Assembly (NCBI GenBank): GCA_964016885.1
Contig: OZ024740.1
Span: forward strand, 32,798,001-32,862,000
Reading direction: 5' to 3'
Source: Eledone cirrhosa
Lineage: Eukaryota
Length of the DNA stretch: 64,000 bases
A model generated the notes under the pieces. It was not told where the DNA came from, searched no databases, and was given only the letters and a program-made list of their open reading frames with translations. The position numbers were made by a program, and so were the translations under genes. Within the stretch, counting starts at the first letter, position 1; every line of letters starts with the position of its first letter. Positions 1 through 13,002 of this stretch are shown piece by piece.

Positions 1-167
1 AACCTCTGATAGCTTTACCTGCTGACAACACAAAAATAACATTGGCAAAATTACATCCCAAAAAGCTAGACCACCATTTCAGTTGTTGACTCCCTACAAA
101 ACCCTAAATGCAAGCTATGTTGGAGCACTGGTATAGTGGTGCTGCTATGAACACACACATCCTAGAC

Positions 168-2858
168 CAGAGGCGGGGAATGTGCAGCCTTAAGGCCATA
201 TGCAACCTTCTGCCATTCTGTGCAGCCTTTTGAAAGAATGCAACAAAATACCTATACCTTCAGCTACATCATCATCATCGTTTAACGTCCATCTTCAATG
301 CTTGCATGGGTTTGGACAGGAATTTTCCCACTTGAGGCAAGATTGGTTGTCTTGTTCGTATAGGACTGTCTGGCGGGTTTTCTACGGCTGGATGCCCTTC
401 CTAACACCAACCACGTTTACAGTGTGGACTGGGAGGTTTTTACCGTGTTACCTACACGGCCACATTAGAGTGGACTGTGTGTTTTTTTTTTTCGTGACAC
501 CTACACGTGCTCATTTATTTCGGACTGGATGTTGTGGTACCAACGTAACTTTACATTGAAAGGGGTGGTGTGGTGGGACAGGGGTGTATTTTTGTTAGAG
601 GTGCCTACTGACTGTAGGTTTCGCTTTGTACTTAGGCAAGGCGGGTCTTCTGTATGACTGTGTAGCGCCAAAGATCTCGGTCCAGTGACATTGTCTTGGA
701 GAGGTGTAAGTGTGTGAGGTTGGAATTTATCAAGTCGTCCCAGGTTTTTCTGGGTCTGCCTACTCCGTGGCTACCGTCTATTTTTATCGCCCTGCACTTT
801 TTTTATACAGCTGTCGTCTTTCATGTGCATCACGTGACCATACCAACGTAGTCTTCTCTCGAGTAAACAACATCTGATTCCTCTTATTCCTAATTTCTCC
901 CTTAGTTCATTTATGCTTTGCCGTTCACGTATATTACTATTACACATCCAACGGAGCATGCAAGCTTCGTTCCTCTCCTGTCTGCGTATATCCTCTGCAC
1001 ACAATGCCCAAGTCTCACTGCCATGTAACATTGCTGTTCGTATGCAGGCATCATACAGCCTGCCTTTCATTTTTAGAGAGAACTCTTTAGCGGCCAATAG
1101 TGGTATAAGCTCTCTGAACTTTTTCCATCCCATTCTGACTAGCTACTGTACTTTCAGAGCACCCTCCATCCAGGTAACGGAAGGTGTCCACTATTTCTAT
1201 AGAACCATCTGTGCAATGGAATGAGCTAGTATTCTGTGGCCACTTGCTGCTACTTATTGCACCTGAGCACCGGCCACATATAAAATCTATATTCTTAGTT
1301 AGCTTACCTGTGATCCCACTACATCTTTTATGCACCCATACTTTGCATTTGGGACATAAAATGTAGTTTCTGCCTACTCCTTTCCTACACACTGAGCATG
1401 GCCATTTCCCAGATGGGACCAGTGCCCTATTTTCCTTCCTACAAACTAGAATTTTAGTCTTAGACAGGTTAATTTTAAGGCCTTTTGATTCTAGGCCATG
1501 CTTCCATGTTTGGAATTTCTTCTCTAGTTCAGCCATTGATTCAGCTATGAGCGTTAGATCATCTGCATATAGGAGTTCCCATGGGCAGCCGGTCTTGAAC
1601 TCCTCTGTTATAGCCTGAAGGGCAATAATAAATAGAAGGGGGCTAAGGACGGAGCCCTCATGAACACCAACTTTTACGCTAAACTCTTCACTATATTCGT
1701 TGTTAATTCTAACCTTGCTGACTGTTTCTTTATACATGGCTTGTATAGCTCTCACAAACCATTCATCAGCACCTAGTTTTCTAAGAGCCCACTAGATAAT
1801 GGAACGGGGGACTCTGTCAAAGGCTTTCTCCAAGTCAACAAAAGTTAAGTATAGGGGTTTACTTTTAGCTAGGTACTTCTGTAGTTGTCGTACAATGAAA
1901 AGAGCGTCTGTTGTACTTTTACTTGACACAAACCCAAACTGCATTTCATCTAAATCAATTCACTCTCTGATTAGTTGCGCTATTACTTTTTCTGTGACCT
2001 TCGTGACCTGGTCAATTAATTTAATGCCTCTATAGTTTCCCCTATCTAGGACATCTCCTTTACCCTTGTAGCAGTTAATGATGATGCTGCTACACCAGTC
2101 CTTCGGAACGACACCATTCTGTATGACTTGGTTTACTATCCGGGTGACCATAGTGTGTCCCACTGTTCCAGATGCTTTCAGCATTTCAGCAACTATTTCC
2201 GAAGGCCCAGCCGCCTTGCCTGTCTTCATGTCTTTGATCGCCTTACTTATTATACTATCTTCAACTTGCACTGCTGGTCCCTCTATTGGATCGATGTGGG
2301 GGGAGACTGTCTTTCTCCCAATTATTCTCCTCATTTAGTAGCCTTTCGTAGTGACACTTCCAAGCTACCTTCTTATCAGCGTCAGTGATGGCAAGTACAC
2401 CATCATCATTAAGGACACATTTCTCCCCGACAATATCATGGTTTTTCTTGACACATTGCCTAGCAATCCTGAACACCTCACGTTTTTGGTCCTCGCGTTG
2501 TAGATGCACAAAAAATACTCGTTTTTCAACCACATATTGCTGTGAATCTACAATTTCCTACCTAAACAAAATCAAGAGACCTTTGAGATCACAAATGGCA
2601 GATGTCCATTTAGAGGTTCCGTTGAAATTTCAAACCTATATGTTGTAACCAAATATCAAAATGCTTACTTACAATAAGCAGTCACAACAAAATAATTAAA
2701 AGGTAGTTAGCTATAAAATTAAATTTTTTTCGTTTTTTTTTTTAGATAATTAGTACATAGTAATTAGATTTTTACAAAATAATTTTTGAGATTTTAAGAA
2801 TATATAATTATGGTTTCTTGGATGCAGCCTTTCAACATTAAACAGTTCCCCACCTCCA
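168..2858. mobile_element. Probable hAT (Charlie-like) MITE interrupted by the RTE LINE
   Basis: Left end cagaggcggggaa (168-180, after cctagac) and right end ttccccacctcca (2846-2858) are imperfect inverted repeats (10/13). The subterminal motif tgcagcctt occurs at ~183, ~219 and ~2823. About 0.4 kb remains after removing the LINE. Confidence 0.45.
267..2533 (-). mobile_element. 5'-truncated, decayed RTE-clade LINE (ORF2 RT region, 3' UTR, (GAT)n tail)
   Basis: ORF pieces 2261-2533, 1960-2334, 1087-1755 and 771-1133 give RT motifs GKAAGP, NYRGIKL, QFGF, FVDLEKAFDRVP, GSVLSPLLF, YADD (1558-1569), FRYL and RLRWYGHV. In-frame stops at ~1960 and ~1793 plus frameshifts. The 3' end reads ggacgttaaacgatgatgatgatg on the minus strand (267-290). 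Confidence 0.95.
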
Positions 2859-3148
2859 CCTGTCTTTTTACCATAATTAACAGTCATCAACAGACAAGCT
2901 ATTTGCTCCCCCTGCCACGTTTAAACCATTAGAAATTACTTCTGCTCCACTGAACTAGCAAGCCACAAACCTCAACTTATTCATCAGTTTCTCCACCTGT
3001 AACCTCTAAAACATCACAGAAAATACTTTGCTCAATATTTATTTCCTACAACTGAATCTCAGCATATATTCTTACCACAGACATTAAAGTGAACATCAAC
3101 CACATTGAATTAAAAGAGAAAAAAAAATCTTTTATATTTGATGTTTGA

Positions 3149-3207
3149 TTTGAGAAACATTCAACATTACAAAAATTTGAGAAACATTCAACATTACAAA
3201 AATTTGC
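3149..3207. repeat. 28-bp tandem duplication
   Basis: tttgagaaacattcaacattacaaaaat occurs twice in tandem. Confidence 0.85.
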
Positions 3208-3559
3208 TAAATCATTTAATCTATAAATATTAGCTATAAACAAATTAATTTCCAGAAGTAGATAAGTTACTGGAGATAGCCTTTAGTGATTCAAAGGAGT
3301 TGCGGTATATGAAGCCAATTTCAAGAGGTGTCAGAGTTGTTTTCACTAGAATTGCAACAACACCATTAAAGGTTAAATGTCTATAACACAGTGCTCCAGT
3401 ATGATCACTGACCAGTTGAATAAGGAACGCCATGCTCTAATATGGCTACAGTCCAGTTAAATGTTTAGCACAGGGCTCCAGTATGGTTGTATTTTTTATG
3501 ATCAGATTCTGTCTGCAATAATGCCTGCAAATTAAGTTTTGCTTCATCGTGAAAACAAT

Positions 3560-3680
3560 ACCAACATTGGACTGGTACTTTATAAACCTTTAAAAGTATA
3601 AACAGCAAAGTTGACACTGGCAAGATTTGAGTGCAAAGAGCCGGAATAGATACCATAAAGTATTCTGACATTTAAACAAT
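3560..3680 (-). mobile_element. Degenerate SINE copy
   Basis: Minus strand ggtatctattccggctctttgcactcaaatcttgccagtgtcaactttgc...taaagtaccagt aligns by eye to the SINE at 23791-23999. Confidence 0.55.
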
Positions 3681-4006
3681 TTACAATTTATTGTATGAAT
3701 AAATGAATGAAACAGTTTTAGTCATGAAGAAGTCGTTTCTATAATAAAATAAATAAGCCTCACTTTACTAATATTAAGTACTTTTAACTGTTGTCACCTC
3801 CAAATATACATTGGGAATTATCTTATAAAATAAATATATATATATATTAAAACAACTCTGTTGCTGCACCAATCATTGTATACCACATCTCTATGATGAA
3901 TTATTTGCATAACATTGAGTGCGTTAATTTGTTGCATCATCATTTACCAACTTAAACCACCAGTTCTACCCATTGGTAAACAGCCATATAGAGTTTATAT
4001 ATATAC

Positions 4007-4642
4007 TCTATATATATAAAGTTGTAGTTCCTGTCTGTTTGTTTGTTTACAAACTCCTATGTTTTGGAGATAGACCCCCTTAACCATATATATTCTGAAA
4101 CTACATTGCCCAGGGTACTTGGATAAGTATATTTCATTTTAATGAAAGGGTTCCCCGGGGGCACAAACCCTGCTGAAAATTTTTACCCTTCGATTTATAT
4201 GAAATTTAAACCATAAGTAAATGACAAGATATGATGCCTATTCATAAAATTTCAGTAAATATCAATAATATTAAGCCACCCTAATGGGGATTAAACCCTC
4301 TATAGTGAAAATTTTGGAAGCCCATAACTTGAGTATTGGAACTTTGAATTTCTAATTTGAAAATAATGCTTTACACTAAAATGAAATGATCAAGTTTTGA
4401 ATTGATATTTTTAAAAAAAATTATTTACCAGAAACAAAATAATAAGATTTAATGATGTCATTTTGATTTGATATATTACAAAAAATAATGTTTTCCAATT
4501 TTTCATGCATTACATTTTACATTGAGTAATATTGAAATGCAGAGTATTTTCTCCATAAATTATATCACCGATTTAAAATCAACCATCATTTTCTTACAAA
4601 GAAAATATGTGAAACGCAGCAATGCGCGGGTAATTCAGCTAG
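4007..4642 (+). mobile_element. Non-autonomous Helitron
   Basis: 5' TCTATATATATAAAG followed by a short (tgtt)n tract. 3' degenerate GC hairpin cgcagcaatgcgcggg, then CTAG (4639-4642) followed by T. Confidence 0.7.
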
Positions 4643-4671
4643 TATATATATATATCGTAAGAGTCATCTAT

Positions 4672-4755
4672 AAGAGGTGGTGTCAGGAAGGGCATCCAGT
4701 TGTAAAATATTGTCTCAAAACATCCCATCCAACCCAAGCAAGGATGGGAAAATAG
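4672..4755 (+). mobile_element. Short RTE 3'-tail-derived fragment
   Basis: ggtggtgtcaggaagggcatccagttgtaaaa...ccaacccaagcaaggatgggaaaatagg resembles the LINE 3' UTR at 280-430 (minus strand). Confidence 0.6.
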
Positions 4756-4760
4756 GCATA

Positions 4761-4762
<2 letters not shown>

Positions 4763-4816
<54 letters not shown>
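4763..4816. repeat. (TG)n microsatellite
   Basis: Perfect TG run of about 27 units. Confidence 0.97.
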
Positions 4817-4819
<3 letters not shown>

Positions 4820-5464
4820 ATAGAGAGAGAGTTGCTTATCTGTAAGAGTTGTGTTGCAATATCCTGTTGATAAACAGATGTCAGCAGGTAAGAGCATTCC
4901 ATGCCGGTCATATATATCCAGCATTACGATGGCAATGAAACACGACAGACTTAATATGTATGAATTTATGTTAATCCAATGATTTATATATATATTATTT
5001 ATTTATGTTCATACATGGAACAAAAGCGCTATCCAAGGTTTCAAGGCCCAATATTGACCGTATCTACAAAATACAAGAGACCTATCTTCAGGCGCTTATA
5101 CAAGCTTCTCAGATACCATTAAAAGTAATGCGTGATCACAATTTTGATGCCTGTTGTATTCTGAAGGTGTGGTCAATATTGCGCCTTGAAACGTTGAGTA
5201 GCAATTTTGTTCCATATATGAACATAAATAATATATTTCTGCTCTCTTTCCAATTTAACACTGTTTTCCTTTTCACATCTACGGATATTGCTACATACAT
5301 ATATGTGGATTCCCGATGTATATCGGGAGGTGACCACAGTTAAAAAAGTACTCTATGTTAATAGAGTATAGGCATCTTTATTTCATTATAGAAATGGCTT
5401 CTACAAGACTAGAACTGTGTGTGTATATGTATATATATACATCCTAACAAAAAAGAGCTGATAG

Positions 5465-6085
5465 AAATGTACAAAATGTTAAATATGGGTACAAAAGAGG
5501 TGTACTAGGATCTCGAGAAGGCTAACAAAGAATATAGGCTACCAGCAGCATACTTCCACAAAACAGACACTGTTTTGGCAGCTCCTTGGAAGTGGTTGAC
5601 AGCTTCTGCTACCTAGGTGACTTAATTAGCAGCAGAGGTGGGTGTTTGGAAGTACAATAGCTAAAATGAGAACTAGGTGGGAAAAGTTCAGGGAATTACT
5701 ACTTCTGCTGGTTACAAAGGGTTTCTCATTCAGGATAAAAGGCAGATTGTATGGTGCCCCTGTGAAAACTGCAATGCTACAAGGAAGTAAGATTTGGGCA
5801 TTGAAACTAGAGGATCTATAAAGGTTGGAAAGAAATGAAGCGAGCATGTTCCAATGGATGTGTAATGTTAGTGTGCAAGCAAGACAAAGCATCAAGGAAC
5901 TGAGAGAAAATCTGAGCATAATAGAGATTCGATGTAGTGTAAAAGAGAGAAAACTGCACTGGTATGGACAAGTGTTGTGTATAAAGAATGACAGCTGCAG
6001 AAACTAAGACAATAATGGAGCATACAAGCAAGATGTGGCCACCTAACCCATCTATATTCAGTCTAACAAGCATGGAAAATAGGGT
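5465..6085 (+). mobile_element. RTE LINE 3' fragment, same family as 267-2533
   Basis: Translates to KCTKC*IWVQKRCTRISRRLTKNIG ... GSSLEVVDSFCYLGDLISS ... ERNEASMFQWMCNV ... KLHWYGQV, collinear with the first LINE. Several stops and frameshifts. Confidence 0.88.
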
Positions 6086-6169
6086 ATTTCACAACCATCT
6101 GGTTTTAGATTTGTTTATGTAGCCTAAGGTTGAAATTTAAAAAGTGGGTTATGTGTGTATGTGTTGTTA

Positions 6170-6320
6170 GAGTTGTTAACATGTGAGAATGCTTTGCAAT
6201 ATTCATTCAGGCTCTAGGCACTCTGAATTCAAATCTTACTGAAGTAAACTTGGCTTTTCTTTCATACTTTCAAGGATCATAAATGAAGTACAAATTCAAT
6301 ACTGAGGTCAATTTTTCTAT
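6170..6320 (+). mobile_element. Degenerate SINE copy
   Basis: ctgaattcaaatctt (B-box-like) followed by ctttcatactttcaaggatcataaatgaagtac, resembling the SINE core. Confidence 0.5.
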
Positions 6321-6532
6321 CTCTTTCACTAGAAAAAAGGTGTGTGTTCAGACATAGGGATGAGCTACAGCACATCTATGACTCCATGGATGGATATATA
6401 AAGCAAGCATGTATTATAATGGAAAATAGACAAACATTCTTTTTTCCCCATAACTTCTGAAGGAGTCGTAGAGATATTTCATACTGCGTTTCCAGGGCAT
6501 TTTTTAAACCTGGTGGGCCCGTCTCCTCTCAA

Positions 6533-6830
6533 CAGCAGATTTATTCCAAAGAAGGATAGAAAGTAACAAAGAGGAAGTAAGAAAGAGATGAAGAAAAAGA
6601 ATCGACAGCACTAGTACTAAAGTGGTATTATATTTGTATTTATGTATGTTTCTGTAAATCCTGAGTTGTAGGGTGTCATAGTGGCATACAGTGTTTCTAG
6701 GGCAATTTATCTCCTCTCCGGGTCTGAATTCAGCAGATTTCTTCCAGAGAAGAATAGAAAGGGGAGAGGAAGTGAAAAAGTGATATAGAGGAAGAATCGA
6801 CCCCAGTACTATAGTTATTTGTACATTATA
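6533..6830. repeat. Imperfect ~100-bp direct repeat pair (offset ~198 bp)
   Basis: cagcagattt.ttcca..gaa.atagaaag...gaggaagt...gaatcgac...agtacta at ~6533 and ~6731. Confidence 0.65.
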
Positions 6831-7149
6831 AAAAATTAACACATTTTATGGGTTATTTTATAATGATTTTGTTAAAGCCAATTTTTTTTTTCAAGTAGTA
6901 CTTAACATTTTTAGAATTTTAAGGGTCGTAACATTCCAATTGCCAAAGTTTGCTACCTTCTGGGGTCTTAAGATACACAACCTTTGCACATCTATCCCAC
7001 GCCTCAGATTGCAAGCCCATCACCACTTCTTGCAGCATTGGATGGAGACTGCAACATATTTTTCAAACAGGCCTAAAGCCTGACTGACTGGACCTTCTTA
7101 TGCTGCCTAGAGGACAATGCAGTATGGCTGCTTTTATTGCAATTTGGTA

Positions 7150-7948
7150 CTTTTCACAGACCTGAGAATGATGAAATTTGGTCCCAGATGTTAAACGGAG
7201 AAGACTGACTCTTATTGCCCTGATGTCTCTATACAAATGCTCTAGTAGTTTTGTTTGTATAAATAATGCTAAGTCGAAACCATTTAATGTGGGTGCATTA
7301 GTGTCACCTCTCCTGTTCACAATCTTTATGGACAGGATTGACATATGCAGCCAGGTTGGAAGTGGTATCATGATTAGCAAGTGTAGTATCAGTCGGCTAG
7401 AATTTTCAGACAACATGGTACTACTTAGCTCGTCAGAAGGCGATCTCCGACATGTAATTGATAGATTTGCTGAGTAATGCATGGCAGGAATGAAAATCAG
7501 TGCTGCAAAGACAGACACTCGTCCTCTCAAGGAAGCCTGCGCAGTGCACTCCACATGTGAATGGAGTTCCACTGAAGCAGAAGCTGGTGGAGAAGAATCA
7601 GTGGTTTTTTGGAGTAATGTTATCCGATAGAATGTGTAGCTCGGAGATAAGACTCACTCCAAGTAAAGCTACTACTTCTCTAAATTGAGAGATCACAGTA
7701 GTTCTGATACTTCGGACATGTGGTTAGAATGTCCCAGGAAAGAATCGCTGGACAGATTTTAAAGGCAAAACCATCCAGCAGGAGACCCTGAGCAAGATGG
7801 TTGGATAACATCCATGAGTTCAGCTGGTCTCGCTTGGTGATCCAACCGAATGAATTGGAGATGGCTGGGTCTGACAAGACTCGGAAGGCGTGCTTCAGGA
7901 CTCTGCCCCTACAAGCCCTCTAAGGAATAAGTGGGTGAAGAAGAAAAG
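7150..7948 (+). mobile_element. Decayed RTE-like LINE fragment, second family, with (GAA)n tail
   Basis: KSKPFNVG..LVSPLLFTIFMDRID..SRLEFSDNMVLLSSSEGDLRHVIDRF (degenerate FADD region), TLVLSRKP, and a later GHVVRMSQERIA segment. Ends ggaataagtgggtgaagaagaaaag. Confidence 0.85.
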
Positions 7949-8219
7949 TTTTCAATATATATAGATAGTTATGATATATAGGATATTATTTTGCTGCCTC
8001 GGTTTTTTTCCTTTTAAATCACATTTAAATTGTAGTGGAAGATCAGAGCTTACAAAATGCAATAGCTGCAGTTCAGATAATGACTGCACAAGTGCAATTT
8101 CAAATGATTCTGCTATTAATAAATCTTAGATTCTTCTTTCAATTCCGCTCCTACCCTGTCAAATTCCACCACAGGACATACTTCTCATCCTTCTCCCCCA
8201 CCAACACCCCATATAGTAA

Positions 8220-8722
8220 AGAGAGCTCTTCAGTTGAATCAATGACTAACAACTTCTCTAGTGCTGATGCCACAATAAACGTACCTAGTATATACTGTAA
8301 GGTGGTTGGTGGTAGGAAGGACATCCCGATGTAGAAACCTTGCCGAAAAAGGGTCAAAGGGAATCTTCAGTTGTGTCAACAACTTCTGTAATGTTGATCT
8401 ACATGATAAGCATACACTGTACACTCTGTGAAGTGAATGTTGAAAGGAAGAGTATCTAGCCATAGAAAACTTACAAATCAAAGAGTCTGCAGTATTCTTC
8501 AGCTGTATCAAAAAAATGCTAGAACCACAGTGGAGAGCAGAAACGTGAGATGTGAGCCTATAGCCTGTCTGAGCAGGAATATATACAAGCTAAATGCAGG
8601 CTCCTTGGCCCATCTGTGAGGTCAGTAACTCCACTTGAGTACTGACTTGGTTTGTGAAAACCAGTCCAACCCTTGCTAACTGGGAAAACATGTTAAATGA
8701 CGATGATGATGATGATAATAAT
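8220..8722 (+). mobile_element. Non-autonomous retroposon built from tandem copies of the RTE 3' UTR module, with (GAT)n tail
   Basis: Two ~130-bp modules containing gtggttggtg.taggaagg.catc..gtagaaac. Ends tgttaaatgacgatgatgatgatg, like the LINE tail. Homologous to 21699-22250. Confidence 0.7.
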
Positions 8723-9063
8723 AAACAAAATTTTCATGCTGAAAATAATTATCAAAAGTGACCTAATTCTGAACATCAGGAGAAAATATAAATACAAATT
8801 ATCTCGAATAACTTCCAGTCTGAATAACTCATTCATGCCACACAATTTTGATATAAGAATACCAAGAAAATGAGTTTACTGGATATATAGTCTAAATTTT
8901 CTCAATTATATTTTCACTCATTTAACTAAACTCAATTGATTGGAGAAATTTCTTACTAATTCTTCCAAATCTTTGGCTCATTCAGTATTCTCTCCACCAC
9001 AGAACCTCATTTTATCAAATGCTATTCCACAACTCCTTTAGTGCTGCAGAATCTCCCAATATA

Positions 9064-9272
9064 TCATGAACCCCACAAAGATTCAAGCCAACAAAAGTCT
9101 TTGTGGTCACCTGACTACTAAAAATAACAGCCAAATCTCTACTCCCTACCATCATAAAAAGGGCAAATTTATAAATTTATTCTAAAATATACCTTGTCTA
9201 AAGAAGAAAATAAAATGATCACAGCTGAAATTCCTTTTAACATATGCTTTCTTGATCTGGACTAACTTGGGA
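9064..9272 (+). repeat. Probable dispersed repeat remnant
   Basis: tgtggtcacctgactactaaaaataacagccaaatctc...atgatcacagctgaaattcc resembles an abundant octopus interspersed repeat (recalled, not searched). Confidence 0.35.
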
Positions 9273-9971
9273 AATATGAAGAATCCTCATTTCCTAAGCC
9301 AACTCTTCAACATTAATAAACTTTTAATCTCCTTCCTTGTGATTTACCAGCTTATGAACACGCCCCTTTATACCAAAATACAAAATAAATTTTTTTATAA
9401 ATATTTGAAAACTATAAGACTGAAAAATTGATGTAAATAATGATCAGAAATTCCACAATACATTGCAGTAGCCAAATGGAACCAAAAAATAGTACAAAGG
9501 TAAAAGTTAGTAAGAAATGATTGTAACAGATAAAATTTACTTTATATACCATAAATTGGTGCAACAAGATGCTTTAAGGACCAAAATTGTTTTGTAGAAC
9601 ACATTTACGAAAGCAAGAATTAGCTTAACCATTTTAAAGCATTTAGTCGAGAAAAGTTTTCAATTTTGTGTAAGTTGGCATTGGTGTATATTTTAAATGG
9701 AAAATGACACAAAATGAGTGTTACTAAATTATTTGTTTTTAAGCAAACAAGTTAAATTCCTACAACAATAATCCATAATTTCCTTTTTCAGCTGTAATAT
9801 TTTGGATTTGTTTATGTATTCCTTCAATTAAATTCAGTATTAATGAATAAAACTAAGCACTTTTTTCTAACTTTCTTAATTATTAAGTGTTCTTTTTAAA
9901 TATGTAACTAAAAATATTTAATGAAAAATTTTCTAGAAGAAAACTCATTATTAAAGAGATATCTATGTTTG

Positions 9972-10077
9972 AATAATAATAATAATGTTTCTACTTTTGG
10001 CACAAGGCCAGCAATTCCCCAGTGCATTACTGGTCCTTTATTTTATCGACCCCGTAAGGATGAAAGGCAAATTTAAC
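9972..10077 (-). mobile_element. 5'-truncated SINE (MetaSINE-like core, short subfamily)
   Basis: ggcacaaggccagcaatt..cccagtgcattactggt..ttattttatcgaccccgtaaggatgaaaggcaaa with an (AAT)n tail at 9972-9985. Confidence 0.85.
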
Positions 10078-12848
10078 TATCAACCCAACTCAGATATGTT
10101 CAAAGTATACATTCACTCATACAATACATCATACATTCTACAGTCTACTTTTAATTTCAATTAAAAGCTAGTAAATACATTGATTTGTATACTAACACCA
10201 TACAAGAAAAAAAGCCTCAGATAACTTCTATAATTCAATTCTTGTTACAAGAATCAAACTTAATCAATGTGTACAACTATATTCACTATGTAAATCTACC
10301 AATATTCAATCAATAATAGATTTGTGTTACATGATAGTCGTGGATTTGGGTGCTAATTGATAAGGTAATAATAGACTTGTTCTAGATTATAAATTATAAT
10401 TTGAAATTACGCTGATAATGTATGGGAAGTATTGTTTCTCTAGAATTAAAACAAAATTACCATTTCACTATAATAAGAGTTTAATTAAAACAACTGTAAC
10501 GTGTTTCCTCTTATTCAGAAGTATAAGTAAACGCTTAAAAAAAAATAATTACAAAACATTTCAGGTACTAAAATGAAACCAGCTGCAAATCAGAAAAATA
10601 TTTCTCTAACCAGAATCCAAAATATTTGAGATTTCTAGAACAATAAATATTAGATTACTATGAATATTCAACAGTTCGGAAAGTAGTATATCTAATATTT
10701 TACCGACATCTAACTTTCATTGATGTTGCTACTAAAAGCAACACTTGATTGCTTTTATGTTATTCTAATTAATAGGTCTTTCATTAAAAGCAATGGGACT
10801 TTTGATTTAAATAGATTATAATCTTAGAAATTCTGAAATTATTAATACTGAGAGCAGCTCTGTACATTCCTGTTTTATTTATTTATTTAGATCCGAATCA
10901 ATCGTTCACAATTATTTCTTCTATGTTGCTTTTAACAACAAAACAAAACAAAAATCAATAAGAGTTCCTGAAGCTTAAGAGAATATCTAGTGGCACATCC
11001 AGTTTGAATTCTTTCTCTATATTCCTTTGATTAATATTGAATGAATACAAAATCTATCAATCTGATTGAAGAACTAGGCCATGAATACAAGCAATAAGTG
11101 TATCAAAATTTAGCAGGTCCAAGGCCAGAATAATGTGCTTCCTCTCTCATAGCTTTTATAAAATGCGATACAACAAAATTGGTAAATTCAAAATTTACTA
11201 AAGCTTTAATGCTAATTATATAGAAGACATTAACAATGTAAATTAATTTAAAATCTTGTTTTAAATAGAGAAATCACCATTATAAATTATTAGCCTGTAT
11301 TATATATATGTACTAAAATATAATTTTAATACTGAAACTAATAATTCTAATGAATTAAGCGAATCAAATGTACATAGACTGAAATACATATAAGTGAAAT
11401 TGTATTATAGAATACAGAACGATGAAAAACAAAGAAACGTTCAAATTAAAAATGTAGTAAAAAAAATACTATCTTATTAGTAGTATTTAGTAGCAATATT
11501 TATTTTAATGTTTTCTTTCGTACACACCTGTTATTATTGAAGTAGTCAACTATTTACATGTTTGCAAGAAAACTTATTATTTTTAAAATATTTGCGTTCT
11601 GTAGTGTAAGAAAAGAAAACATCTTTGACACTTTCATAAAAATGCAACATACAGAAAATTCATCTGCTATAGCTTGAAAAAAGAGAGAGAGGGCTCTAAA
11701 AGTTACAAATAACCTTCATAATGGCAAATTCAAAGAGAAAATATAGATCAAAGGAAAACGTGTTAGGAAGTAAATGTGTTAGGTTTGCTATTAATTGTAA
11801 ATGAAACGAAAAAAAAAATAGTTTTAAGAATTGCTTGAGGTATAAAAACAAAGAACATCATCTAAGAATTGAAATAATCTCTTTAGATAAATAATATGAT
11901 TTTGGTAGTCTCAGACGTTGGCACGGAATTAATTGAAGAGAAGCATGCAGGTCTTTGTTTCCAAGATTATTTGAAACATTTAGTTCTTCATCCTCACGTG
12001 TGTGATTAAGGCATTCATTTATTTGGCATAGATTATTAAATGGAATTAAAATGGCAGATAATAGAGAGATGTAGGAATAATAGAAAATATAAGAGTAAAA
12101 ATAAAACGGATGAAATTTAGGAATACGAGAACATTTTGACAACACCACTCATGGACACAAGATAAACATGTATGTAGCTATATAATTCGTGTGTAAAATG
12201 CAACATTTCAGGCATTTTTAATCGTTTTATTTACGACCATGCAGTGATAAAAATCACATCTAGAAAAATAATCATTTTTAAGGCTCTCTTTTCCATACTT
12301 TGAGCAAATAAAAACAGAAAAACGACGTCAATGAAAGAACAACAAAAAACACAGATAACTTCACTTTTCTATAATGAGAGTCAGTCATCTGCTATTTTGG
12401 TCTTTATGAAGTAGAATTTAAGGGCATTTGCCCAACCCTTCTACTGCTGAGCTATATACTGTATTACAAACACCCTACAAATAATTGCAAACATGTAAAG
12501 ATTGTGTCGCTTGCTGATATTTTTAATTCCAAATGGGAACTATCAAGCAAATTTAGTTTTAAAAAATCAATAAGAGCTCGCCTGATATTAAAAAAAAAAC
12601 TGCCTTAATTGCCATAGACAGTATCATATAAAAATATCTTACTAAAAGTCTGTAAATACGAAAATAAGTCGACACGTTTTTAGAGTATAGTAAAGAAAAA
12701 TGGAAATATCAAGAATGTGCTAAGCTAAAATAGTCTGTGAAAGGAAAAAGAAAGACTTTGGGAGAAAAATCAAGAGAAAACTGACAAAAATAAAGGAAAA
12801 ACTGGAGATGTGAAGAAAATTGTGAGAGTGACAGGAGAGTAAAAGTGT

Positions 12849-12883
<35 letters not shown>

Positions 12884-12925
12884 GAAATAATGTAGGTGAG
12901 AGATATATAAGGAAAACGAGAGGGA

Positions 12926-12982
<57 letters not shown>

Positions 12983-13002
12983 TACATATGTGTGTGCGTG
13001 TG
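12849..13002. repeat. Compound (TA)n/(GA)n/(CA)n microsatellite
   Basis: Visible dinucleotide runs. Confidence 0.9.

Noticed and set aside
2561-2636. Possible minus-strand exon (tatag|...ttag|gtagga)
   Set aside because: The acceptor is weak, all frames contain stops, and it lies inside the putative MITE.
3465-3671. ORF with VQCWYCF resembling a zinc-ribbon start (TMEM201-like)
   Set aside because: The DNA aligns to a degenerate SINE and no second CxxC follows.
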